Shown: positions 27,746-35,512 of the stretch, piece by piece
Position numbering within the stretch: the stretch's first letter is position 1
Layout: each line of letters begins with the position of its first letter
Virus record (IMG/VR): IMGVR_UViG_2877285697_000006
Coordinates: 1 to 36,292 of that record
Reading direction: 5' to 3' (one strand)
DNA: 36,292 bases
Source of the DNA: a virus
Lineage: Duplodnaviria > Heunggongvirae > Uroviricota > Caudoviricetes
Made by a program: the position numbers and the translations under genes
Notes under the pieces: model-generated
What the model was told of the DNA's origin: nothing
Database searches by the model: none
What the model saw: the letters and a program-made list of their open reading frames with translations, nothing else

Positions 27746-27979
27746 ATGACTATGACTACTAAAGCTACTCGCGGTCGCCCTGCCCGTTTTAACGCTGAAC
27801 AGATGGCTGATATTGCCTACGCTTACTATACAGCGGATCGCGGGAAGGAAGCGAAAGAACAGATTCTTAGTGAGCACGCTATATCGGTAGCTCAATTCTA
27901 TAAAAATATCAAGAAGTTAGATATTAAATTCTATGTTCAGATTGGCGACGGTCAAATCGTAGAAGCAACAGGTTTTTGA
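27746..27979 (+). CDS. small DNA-binding-like protein (77 aa), paralog of 31027..31209
   Basis: N-terminal RGRPARF motif; aligns along its length with the 60-aa ORF at 31027. Confidence 0.45.
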   Translation: MTMTTKATRGRPARFNAEQMADIAYAYYTADRGKEAKEQILSEHAISVAQFYKNIKKLDIKFYVQIGDGQIVEATGF

Positions 27980-27994
27980 GTTTTGATTCTCTTT

Positions 27995-28018
27995 GCCACT
28001 CTTCGGAGTGGCTTTTTT
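27995..28018 (+). terminator. rho-independent terminator (GCCACTC-UUCG-GAGTGGC + U6)
   Basis: Perfect 7-bp stem, UUCG tetraloop, TTTTTT. Confidence 0.65.
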
Positions 28019-28090
28019 GTATGTAAAACAATCTCGCCAGTTTTGGTGAGATCTATAGATGCCAGCAAAAATGCTGTTATCTATAAAAAC

Positions 28091-28115
28091 AAAAAAGCCC
28101 CTGAAATTCAGGGGC
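28091..28115 (-). terminator. rho-independent terminator for the minus-strand Rha-like gene
   Basis: GCCCCTGA-loop-TCAGGGGC stem followed by TTTTTT on the minus strand. Confidence 0.5.
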
Positions 28116-28123
28116 AAAAATTA

Positions 28124-28921
28124 TTACAGTCCGAAGTGTTCTAGCGATCCAACATTCTGACGAATCATGATAGTCGCTTTATTCTGAATCATGATCGTGT
28201 TATTCGGTTTAGGCAGTGTCAAAGCTGCTTTTTGTTCTTCTTCAAGAACACCCAATTCAACCAGCACCGGAAGCACATCAACAGTGAAAGAAAGTTGATA
28301 GTGAGCGTTCATGCTACAAAACGGTATCGCGGAATCATTAGCAACATACCCACACGGCTTGTTATTTTCATCATAGACGCGCTCAATGTATCCGGCAGTA
28401 CGTAAGGCCGTCAGTGCTTCTTTAACCTTCGTAGCGCCCTTTTTAGCACCTAACAGACGCGTCATTGAATGGCTATCTACGGATTTGCGATGATGTAGAG
28501 TAATCAGTTGCTTGTTCTCGCGAGTTTTCTTTAACGCCAGTTCGATCCAGTCGGTTTCTTCAAAGTCTGCATACGGGTTAACAGCTAAACGTTCCTGACG
28601 CAGTTTTTCATTTTCTTCTTTCAGTCGTTTCCATTCCTGAATAACAATCATTCGACGCTTAACATCGTAACCAGTGACAAGAGTCAGTGTCAGTTCTTCG
28701 TCAAGGTGATATTCGGTTTGTTCGCGTCCATATTGGTCAAAAAAGATGCGTCCAAATTTGGACTCATCTAATTCAAGAGAAGTAAGCATATTTTTAATAT
28801 CACGTTTAACATGCTTATGCTCTTTTTTGGTAAATTCAGCAATCTGACGAGAAGACATGGTCAGCGGTTTGGTGTTATCAACAACCAGAGACACGGAAGC
28901 AGTTTTAACAGCAGTATTCAT
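28124..28921 (-). CDS. phage regulatory protein Rha / antirepressor-like
   Basis: N-terminal SSRQIAEFTKKEHKHVKRDIKNML fits the Rha-family pattern. Confidence 0.65.
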   Translation of the reverse strand: MNTAVKTASVSLVVDNTKPLTMSSRQIAEFTKKEHKHVKRDIKNMLTSLELDESKFGRIFFDQYGREQTEYHLDEELTLTLVTGYDVKRRMIVIQEWKRLKEENEKLRQERLAVNPYADFEETDWIELALKKTRENKQLITLHHRKSVDSHSMTRLLGAKKGATKVKEALTALRTAGYIERVYDENNKPCGYVANDSAIPFCSMNAHYQLSFTVDVLPVLVELGVLEEEQKAALTLPKPNNTIMIQNKATIMIRQNVGSLEHFGL

Positions 28922-29015
28922 AGTAAAAATTCCCCTTAATTAACGGTTTTTTGCGATTTAATCCTCCCTGTTCCGGCAGCACCACCGGAACAATTTTATT
29001 TATAAGAGCTATTTC

Positions 29016-29201
29016 TTATTTGTTGTTAGCACACAATCCGCGTAAAGCCATTTGCAAAGGTGATGGTTTCGGTGCTTTGGTTTCGTCTTTATATTCCACA
29101 TCCACTGTTTCGGTAGCCCAGCCAAAGCCCTTAACATAACGACGACGGCGGGTTTCGATCACTCCTGGTTCACGTTCACGGGTAAAGGTTTTCATGTTCA
29201 C
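29016..29201 (-). CDS. small basic hypothetical protein (61 aa)
   Basis: ORF downstream of a sigma70-like promoter. Confidence 0.4.
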   Translation of the reverse strand: MNMKTFTREREPGVIETRRRRYVKGFGWATETVDVEYKDETKAPKPSPLQMALRGLCANNK

Positions 29202-29252
29202 ATCCTTTTAACAAATCTAGGTCAAGTAAGTTCAAAGTTGTCAAGTGCGATA

Positions 29253-29281
29253 ATCATAAAAAAGTGAGATTTATTTGTCAA
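29253..29281 (-). promoter_or_regulatory. sigma70-like promoter (TTGACA - 17 nt - TATGAT) on the minus strand
   Basis: Consensus -35 and near-consensus -10 with 17-nt spacer, about 45 nt upstream of the ATG at 29201. Confidence 0.5.
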
Positions 29282-29294
29282 CACCCCTTGACAA
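29275..29294. promoter_or_regulatory. perfect inverted repeat TTGTCAA-N6-TTGACAA overlapping the promoter -35
   Basis: 7-bp arms with 6-bp spacer; same half-site as the palindrome at 30655-30668. Confidence 0.4.
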
Positions 29295-29316
29295 GTCGCC
29301 AAAGTGTTGACCTAAC

Positions 29317-29784
29317 TTACAGCATTTCTAAGCCTTCATCGTAGCCGTAGAAGCTATTGTGAGAAGAAAAACAGATTGGTGCGTAGTCTTCGTCTTCCTC
29401 GTCTTCTTCATCTTGTTCTGGGGCTTCCTGAGCGGTTTCTTTGCCGTAGTTAAACATTGCTTCATCCAGTTCATAGACAGTAACGAAGCTACCTAAATCA
29501 ATGTCACCTGACCGGACTTGAAACGGCAGATCATCACGAACAATAATTGCTGGTAGATTCTGGTATTTCAGGCGTTCTTCATCGGTGAAGCAGTTAACAA
29601 CGATGGTAGGACGTTTATTTCTTCCGAAAACATACCATGCACTAGAGAAATGGGATTCATCGGTATTGTAAAGGATGTTATAACCACGTTCACGGAACAT
29701 CTTCATTAACTTGTCATTGTGAAAGCTATCTGCATCCAGACCCAGAAGGATAAAAGGAGTAGTGGTAGTCATTTTGTGGTTCAT
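29317..29784 (-). CDS. hypothetical protein with acidic C-terminal tail
   Basis: Start chosen at MNHKMTTTT with SD AGAGGA; track ORF extends to 29814. Confidence 0.5.
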   Translation of the reverse strand: MNHKMTTTTPFILLGLDADSFHNDKLMKMFRERGYNILYNTDESHFSSAWYVFGRNKRPTIVVNCFTDEERLKYQNLPAIIVRDDLPFQVRSGDIDLGSFVTVYELDEAMFNYGKETAQEAPEQDEEDEEDEDYAPICFSSHNSFYGYDEGLEML

Positions 29785-30360
29785 AGTGGAATCCTCTAAA
29801 AGAAAGTGAATCAAAGTAATTCTGATATTATTTATAAGAGAAAATTCTTGATGATTTTGGAAGGGATGGATTCAGTCGGCTTCGCCTCCTTCATAGATTT
29901 GATTAAAAGACCAGCAAACGTAACTCGGATCTTATAGTTAATATAGTTATCTTTGAAGAAATAATAATCAGGAAGCAATTTCAGCAACCGCAGGTTGCGA
30001 TCCCGAAGGGATAACCAATACCTTTCTAGAAAGTGATTGTTACTCACTTCGTTCGTTTACTAGAATCAGTTATCATCTAGTATTAAATCCCTTTCTAAGA
30101 AAATCCTTTCAAAAGTGAGTGAACGCCGTAGGCGTGAACGTGAGCGAAGCGAACTATCCAATCCCTTTCGAATCCTGCTTGCAGGTCTTAGAAGGTGTTG
30201 GTGGGCGCTACGCGCACGGCTACGCCGTATTCTTTTTGCGAGATCTTTCTTGAACGTAGTGAGAGAAAGCGAGCAAAAAGGAGAACGTTAGTTCGAATTT
30301 TATATTCTATGGTCTGTGGGGTATAATCCCTTTCAAGATCATGCACTTACGTTATTGAAG

Positions 30361-30460
30361 TGTAGGGTTAGTGTAGGTGTGTAGGTTTCATAGAGTAGGT
30401 TTACTGGCTAGTGTAGTGTAGGCCAATCCCTTTAAAGTGTAGGTGTGTAGTGTAGGTTTT
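30361..30460. repeat. cluster of about 7 direct GTGTAGG(T) iteron-like repeats
   Basis: Same-orientation repeats within 100 bp in a noncoding region, followed by an AT-rich stretch. Confidence 0.55.
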
Positions 30461-30654
30461 CTATCAAAATTTTTGACAAAAAATTCTTGTATATTATTTA
30501 ACCAAAAAATCACCAAAAAGCGGCGTAAACTCATGATTTAAAAGTGATTTTCAAAAGATCTCCGTGCCATAATAGGTTATAAAGGTTGATAATCATTATC
30601 TGCCATTTTCAAACAAAAATTTTGATACACTTTTCTCGCTTAGGTCATGGGCAT

Positions 30655-30682
30655 TGACAAGTGTCAAGAACTATTTTATACT
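30655..30682 (+). promoter_or_regulatory. strong sigma70-like promoter (TTGACA - 16 nt - TATACT)
   Basis: Consensus -35, near-consensus -10; -35 embedded in palindrome TTGACAagTGTCAA. Confidence 0.6.
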
Positions 30683-31026
30683 TTTTCTCACTGGTAGGGG
30701 TTGAAATTTTCCAAACAATCCCCATATAGATGATAAGCATGATTTTTTCGTGTATAAATACATGCATGAAAAATGATTGTTCACTTCTGAAAACCTCCTG
30801 ACTCACTGTTAACTCATACAGCACTGGTTAGATACACAGTGCTTTTTCGGTTGAATATTGTACGGATTGATTAATTATTAATCTTCTCTTTAGCAATTCG
30901 TGCTCCCACTGATCGGATATACAGTGGTTTTACAGAGTTTTTGAAAATCATTTTTATAAATAGAATTGTTCAGAGCGAAAAGCTCTTTTTAAAGAAATCA
31001 TTATTCCAGATTTAGGAGGATTCAAG

Positions 31027-31209
31027 ATGGCACGACCTGTTAAGTTCACTCGTGAAATCGTTTTAGAAATGGCAAAGCGTTATTTTGAACTGACACCTGA
31101 TGTAGTGATGGGTGATTGGTTTAAAGGTGAAGGCATTGATCAATCAACCTTCCATAAACTTTTAAAGAAGTATGAAATTCGCGTAAAGATTACCGCCGAG
31201 GTGTGGTAA
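31027..31209 (+). CDS. small DNA-binding-like protein (60 aa), paralog of 27746..27979
   Basis: SD AGGAGG upstream; MARPVKFTRE... aligns with the 77-aa protein. Confidence 0.45.
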   Translation: MARPVKFTREIVLEMAKRYFELTPDVVMGDWFKGEGIDQSTFHKLLKKYEIRVKITAEVW

Positions 31210-31250
31210 TAACCTTTGACTGAGAATTATATGATGGCTTTAAAAATAAA

Positions 31251-31281
31251 AAGCCTCCCTGTTGGCGCAAGGAGGCTTTTG
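31251..31281 (+). terminator. hairpin terminator (AGCCTCC...GGAGGCT + TTTT)
   Basis: 7-bp stem, 12-nt loop, short T-run. Confidence 0.5.
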
Positions 31282-31325
31282 ATATGAACAATTAAAACTA
31301 ACACAGCATTCAGGAGTATTTATAA

Positions 31326-32327
31326 ATGAAAAATTCTAAGCGCATCACCTTCAACCTGTTCATTAAATCCAACGGCAAACTGAACATTACCGTTATGGAA
31401 GGTAAAGCAAGCAAACAAGACAAATCCTTTGAAGTAGTTTCCGGTAAGACTCTGACCGAAATGCGTCAAAATGCTGGCATCAAAGACGGTGCTGAATGGC
31501 AGATCACTAACCGTTTCGACAAACGTCACGTTAAACCTACACTGGTAGAAGGTGAATCCGTTTATTGCTTCGCTCGTGCTGTTAAAGCCGATGAGACTTA
31601 CTATCTCGCTGTTATTAAAACTGCTTCCGGCTTCCGTGCTGTAATGCATCACAAGAGCAAGCGTAACGAATACGGCGTAGAGACCCAGGAAGTTGCAAAA
31701 CGCTTCCGTACTGTTGCTACTGAATCCACTGTAAAGGATGTTTCTGGTACTGTTAACACCGCTAAAGGCGGTTCCTTCTACAACCACGCATTACAGGTTA
31801 CTTCCTCCTTCTTCTGCAAAAAAGAAGCTGTGAAAGAAGTTGCTCCGGTAGTAGTTGAAGAAGTTAAAGAAGAAGTTGCAGTGGTTGAATCTTCCGAAGT
31901 TGAAGCACTGAAAGCACGCATCGCTGAACTGGAAGCTGAAAACGCATCTCTGAAAGCTGAACTGGCAGCACAGGAAACCACTTTCGAAGTAGCAGCGGTT
32001 GAAGTTGAAGCAGTTGAAGAAAAATCCATTGATGAAGAACTGGAAGAACTCCTTAACTATCGCTGGGGTAACGGTGAAGAAGTAGAACAGGAAGAACAGA
32101 AAGAAGCTGATCCGGTAGTAGTTCCGGTTGAAGCAGAATCCGCACCAGTTACTAACTTTGAAACACTGCGCAATAACTTTATGGCTAAATTCAAAACTAG
32201 CTGGGAAGATACCGAAGAAGAACAAGAAGAGATTGATGTAAACGAAGACGAGATCCGCGAAGCACAGATGGCACTGCATGACGCTATCTATGACACCAAC
32301 TACAGCGCCTACGCATACGCAGCTTAA
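31326..32327 (+). CDS. highly acidic protein with coiled-coil segment (333 aa), function unknown
   Basis: Strong high-expression codon bias; SD CAGGAG; glutamate-rich C-terminal half. Confidence 0.6.
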   Translation: MKNSKRITFNLFIKSNGKLNITVMEGKASKQDKSFEVVSGKTLTEMRQNAGIKDGAEWQITNRFDKRHVKPTLVEGESVYCFARAVKADETYYLAVIKTASGFRAVMHHKSKRNEYGVETQEVAKRFRTVATESTVKDVSGTVNTAKGGSFYNHALQVTSSFFCKKEAVKEVAPVVVEEVKEEVAVVESSEVEALKARIAELEAENASLKAELAAQETTFEVAAVEVEAVEEKSIDEELEELLNYRWGNGEEVEQEEQKEADPVVVPVEAESAPVTNFETLRNNFMAKFKTSWEDTEEEQEEIDVNEDEIREAQMALHDAIYDTNYSAYAYAA

Positions 32328-32342
32328 TAGAGGGGTGAATCT

Positions 32343-32585
32343 ATGATGAATCAAAACAAAGAATTTCTGGGTAACTTGATGTTAGAAATTATCAAAATGA
32401 AAGAAAGAATGGTAGCGATGGAATCAGAGATTAAAACTCTTAAAGCTGATAATAAGGCGTTGAGAAAGTCCTTAAAGCTGATTGATGAGACTAATGCGGT
32501 TATGATGGATCATGTATTTCCTGAGTGGCGAAATGAAACTAAACCTACACAACATAAGAAACCTACACTTCGAATTGTTGCATAA
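32343..32585 (+). CDS. small coiled-coil protein (80 aa)
   Basis: ORF; followed by two stable CGAA-loop hairpins. Confidence 0.5.
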   Translation: MMNQNKEFLGNLMLEIIKMKERMVAMESEIKTLKADNKALRKSLKLIDETNAVMMDHVFPEWRNETKPTQHKKPTLRIVA

Positions 32586-32868
32586 AAAAGGGACTCCGAA
32601 GAGTCCCTAGTAAGTTTAGGTTAGGTTTGCACAACAAAGATGAGGTTATAATGAACATAATGCTACATTATTCTTTAAAGCCAGAAAAATAACCGCCCCG
32701 AAGGGCGGGAGGATTAATACTCAATCTATACTTGTTATGTTTTTATGATGTATAGATCACTGACTATGAAAACACTGTACTGGAGTGTGTTTTATGGCTT
32801 TTAATCGGGAACTCTCTTTCGAAAATTCCCTGTTAAAACCACATAAGGAGAAAAGGCAGATTACAATA

Positions 32869-33042
32869 TTATTTAGTGTCTGATTTACAGCAACTAAAAA
32901 GAATAAACAAGATTAAGCATACCCAGCCGTAAGGCGTACCGATTAGAAATTTGAAAAACACCACCAGCGATATAAAAATCAATTTAATGCCAGCGACGAT
33001 AGTCAAAAACAGCAGAGTAGCGAAATAGACAAAAAGATCCAT
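32869..33042 (-). CDS. small two-TM membrane protein (57 aa), holin-like topology
   Basis: Not in ORF track; SD AAGAGGA upstream of ATG at 33042; two hydrophobic helices. Confidence 0.3.
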   Translation of the reverse strand: MDLFVYFATLLFLTIVAGIKLIFISLVVFFKFLIGTPYGWVCLILFILFSCCKSDTK

Positions 33043-33095
33043 AGATAATCCTCTTTGAAAACGACCATCATCTATAGTTCAATTCATCGATTTAA

Positions 33096-33197
33096 TTAAT
33101 GATACTTGTAAGCATTACACACAGCAGAAATGCCAATATGTGCCAGTGAATATACGATAGTTAATCCTACAGCCAGATAAATCAAAAATTCAACCAT
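33096..33197 (-). CDS. small single-TM peptide (33 aa)
   Basis: SD GAGGA upstream of ATG at 33197; the longer track ORF 33096..33365 is a chimera that runs into the IS. Confidence 0.2.
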   Translation of the reverse strand: MVEFLIYLAVGLTIVYSLAHIGISAVCNAYKYH

Positions 33198-33241
33198 AGG
33201 TAAATCCTCAAATAAGAAAAAGGTTAGCGGGGGGTGATTCC

Positions 33242-34535
33242 CTGAGGAATCCCCAGAAAACAAGACAGGCATAGTGAGATGTGATCTAATTGATTGTGCT
33301 AACAATTTCAAGGAGATCACCACTATGCCTGCACGTTCATTATGCCAAAATTTCCTTAACAACATACTGGCCCCTTTGCATCTTTACCGTCAAAAATCAC
33401 TGATTGACGCAACTAATGCTGTAATAAATGGCGCTTCCCTCACACTTACCAGTATCGGGCGTCATTTAACCGGTACGGCATCAGTTAAAAACAAAATAAA
33501 GCGGGTGGATCGACTGTTGGGGAATCGACATTTGCAAAATGAGGTTTCCACCATTTTTCAGCGAATTACCCAAAAGATTACGCGGGGAATGTCTCGTGTT
33601 GTGATACTCATTGACTGGAGTGCTTATCATGCCTCTCGTTTTCAGCTTTTGCGGGCAAGCCTGGCATGTGACGGGCGTTCTTTACCGTTGATGAGTTGTG
33701 TCGTTCCATCATCACAGACAGCGAATGCAGATGTACATGAGCGTTTTCTGGAATCGCTTGCTGAGTGCTTTTCCCCCGGGACTGATGTCATTGTTATTAC
33801 AGATGCCGGTTTTCAGGGGCGATGGTTCCAACAGCTCCGCTCCCGTGGCTGGACCTATATTTGCCGGGTACTGGGCAATCATTATTACAATGTTGGTAAT
33901 GGCTGGGAAAAGGTGTCGGACTCAGGCACAAAAGCATCAACGACAGCAATTTATTTAGGTGAAGGCCTGCTGGGTCGAGATAAAAATGCACAACATGAAG
34001 GGCATTTTTATCTTTATAAAAGTAAGCCTAAAGGTCGTAGATTTAAACGCTCGAAGGAAAGAGCAACCAGACCATCGGTGACGGCTAAAGCTCGTACTGC
34101 CGGGAAATCACCATGGTTTATTTTCACAAACAGTACTGAGTTATCGCCAAAACAGGTAATGAAATTATACAGCCGTAGAATGCAAATTGAGCAAAATTTC
34201 AGGGATGAAAAAAATCCTCGCTGGGGATTTGGACTACGGTTTGGTGCCAGTCATTCATCCGGGCGGGTCACGGTATTGAGTCTGAGCGCAACATTAGCCA
34301 GTATCATTATGTGGTTAAGCGGTTTCAGCCTGGAAAACAAAGGGATACATCATAAATATCAGGCAAATACAGTGAAGCACAGGCGAGTCATCTCGCTATT
34401 AAAACTGGCGGAGAATGTGATTCGACATTCTCCACTCATACTAAACACACTGTCACTTGACGCAGGGCTGAAAGTTCTACAGCAACGGTATACCAATATG
34501 ATAATGGTTTACTAAATTTTCTGGGGATCCCTCAG
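33242..34535 (+). mobile_element. IS10-like insertion sequence (IS4 family), about 1.29 kb
   Basis: Terminal inverted repeats CTGAGGAATCCCCAGAAAA (left) and CTGAGGGATCCCCAGAAAA (right, reverse complement), 19/19 with 1 mismatch; flanking direct repeat GGGTGATTCC at 33232-33241 and 34536-34545 (9-bp TSD with 1-bp ambiguity). Confidence 0.85.
33325..34515 (+). CDS. IS10-type DDE transposase
   Basis: N-terminal region ...KNKIKRVDRLLGNRHL closely matches the IS10 transposase as recalled (IKRIDRLLGNRHL); SD AAGGAG; start at MPARSL rather than track start 33274. Confidence 0.85.
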   Translation: MPARSLCQNFLNNILAPLHLYRQKSLIDATNAVINGASLTLTSIGRHLTGTASVKNKIKRVDRLLGNRHLQNEVSTIFQRITQKITRGMSRVVILIDWSAYHASRFQLLRASLACDGRSLPLMSCVVPSSQTANADVHERFLESLAECFSPGTDVIVITDAGFQGRWFQQLRSRGWTYICRVLGNHYYNVGNGWEKVSDSGTKASTTAIYLGEGLLGRDKNAQHEGHFYLYKSKPKGRRFKRSKERATRPSVTAKARTAGKSPWFIFTNSTELSPKQVMKLYSRRMQIEQNFRDEKNPRWGFGLRFGASHSSGRVTVLSLSATLASIIMWLSGFSLENKGIHHKYQANTVKHRRVISLLKLAENVIRHSPLILNTLSLDAGLKVLQQRYTNMIMVY

Positions 34536-34599
34536 GGGTGATTCCCCCCGTAGACGTTGACCAGCTCAACATCTTTCATACATTTATTTATAACGCGCT

Positions 34600-35154
34600 T
34601 TAAGACACATCAAATTCATCGTCTTCTTCTGGTTCTTGTTCCGGTTCATCCATTAATGGTAATTCTTCTTCCTCGTCTTCTCCCAAATCTGCATTTTCGA
34701 ACAAGTCCCCTACTTCATTTAAACGACGCTCGATAATCTCTCTTAGCTTATTCTTCAATGTTTTCTGATCAGTGGCGGATTCTAAAATTTCTAAAGCATC
34801 GATCGTACAAATCTGCAAAATAGTCTGTTTCACTTTCCCGCAGTATTCCGCTAGTTCCTGTTCTACATAACCGACAGGAATCAGGAGATTCATTTTTTCC
34901 TGGTTCTCTCGTTCGGCTGCATCTGCCATTGCTCTTTCTCTGCGGAGACGTTCTTGATCAATCGCTTCTTTGATTGAAGTTTGTTTAAGTGGGTTAATTA
35001 CGTTCTTTAGCACCCAATCGCAACCTTCCTTTGCCGGAACACGCCTCGTATTGGTATTGTAAGGTAGTCCCCTTTCTAACCATCGCTTACCGCCACCATT
35101 CAATGAATAGCCATATAAACGGGAAATTTCTGTAAGGGTTAATTCTTCTTTCAT
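34600..35154 (-). CDS. terminase small subunit candidate (Nu1-like DNA-binding protein)
   Basis: N-terminal HTH-like LTEISRLYGYSLNGGGKRWLERGLPY, coiled coil, acidic C-terminal tail; SD GGAGGA; candidate cos-like GC island upstream. Confidence 0.45.
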   Translation of the reverse strand: MKEELTLTEISRLYGYSLNGGGKRWLERGLPYNTNTRRVPAKEGCDWVLKNVINPLKQTSIKEAIDQERLRRERAMADAAERENQEKMNLLIPVGYVEQELAEYCGKVKQTILQICTIDALEILESATDQKTLKNKLREIIERRLNEVGDLFENADLGEDEEEELPLMDEPEQEPEEDDEFDVS

Positions 35155-35269
35155 TGGTTATCCTCCATTAAATTTGCGTAATTTTATTTATTGGTTTTAC
35201 GCAAAATCTAAGCGCCTAAATCGCATTCTAACGAAGGGAAAGATCCAGTAATGGTAAGGGCTGGGAAGT

Positions 35270-35305
35270 GGGTTAATAGTCGCGTAGCGACCGCGCTAGG
35301 ACTGC
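35270..35305. other. GC-rich island in AT-rich leader upstream of terS-like gene, candidate cos region
   Basis: GTCGCGTAGCGACCGCGCTAGG; contains GCGACC as in the lambda cohesive end recalled from memory. Confidence 0.2.
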
Positions 35306-35512
35306 ACTGATCACGTTTTAAAATCTCACACGCACATCAAATACCGGGGTGCCGAAAACTCCCTTTATTTCATCCGTGGAACAGTACCTTTTTAATTTGT
35401 CAAGCATTAATTTCTTAATTTAATTACTAAATCTCATCCCAATAATTGAAAAAATATCAAAAATCAATAAAGTAAGCATCTAAAAGTCAGTCCATACCAA
35501 AAGAGGTATAAA

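Noticed and set aside
29832-30047. 71-aa minus-strand ORF
   Set aside because: No SD; contains two stable hairpins (29983-30016); lies in the noncoding hub, so likely non-coding.
30150-30300. tRNA-like TTCGAAT sequences (about 30166 and 30291)
   Set aside because: Flanking bases do not form a T-stem or acceptor stem; no cloverleaf could be built by eye.
30361-30460. Possible CRISPR array
   Set aside because: Repeats are only 7-8 bp with irregular 2-15 bp spacing and no spacer-sized unique units.
31791-32354. 187-aa minus-strand phenylalanine-rich ORF
   Set aside because: Antisense image of the glutamate-rich 333-aa gene (GAA codons read as TTC); no start context.
33096-33365. 89-aa minus-strand ORF
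   Set aside because: Chimeric: its N-terminal 40 codons lie inside the IS left end; only the 33-aa part outside the IS with its own SD is plausibly real.
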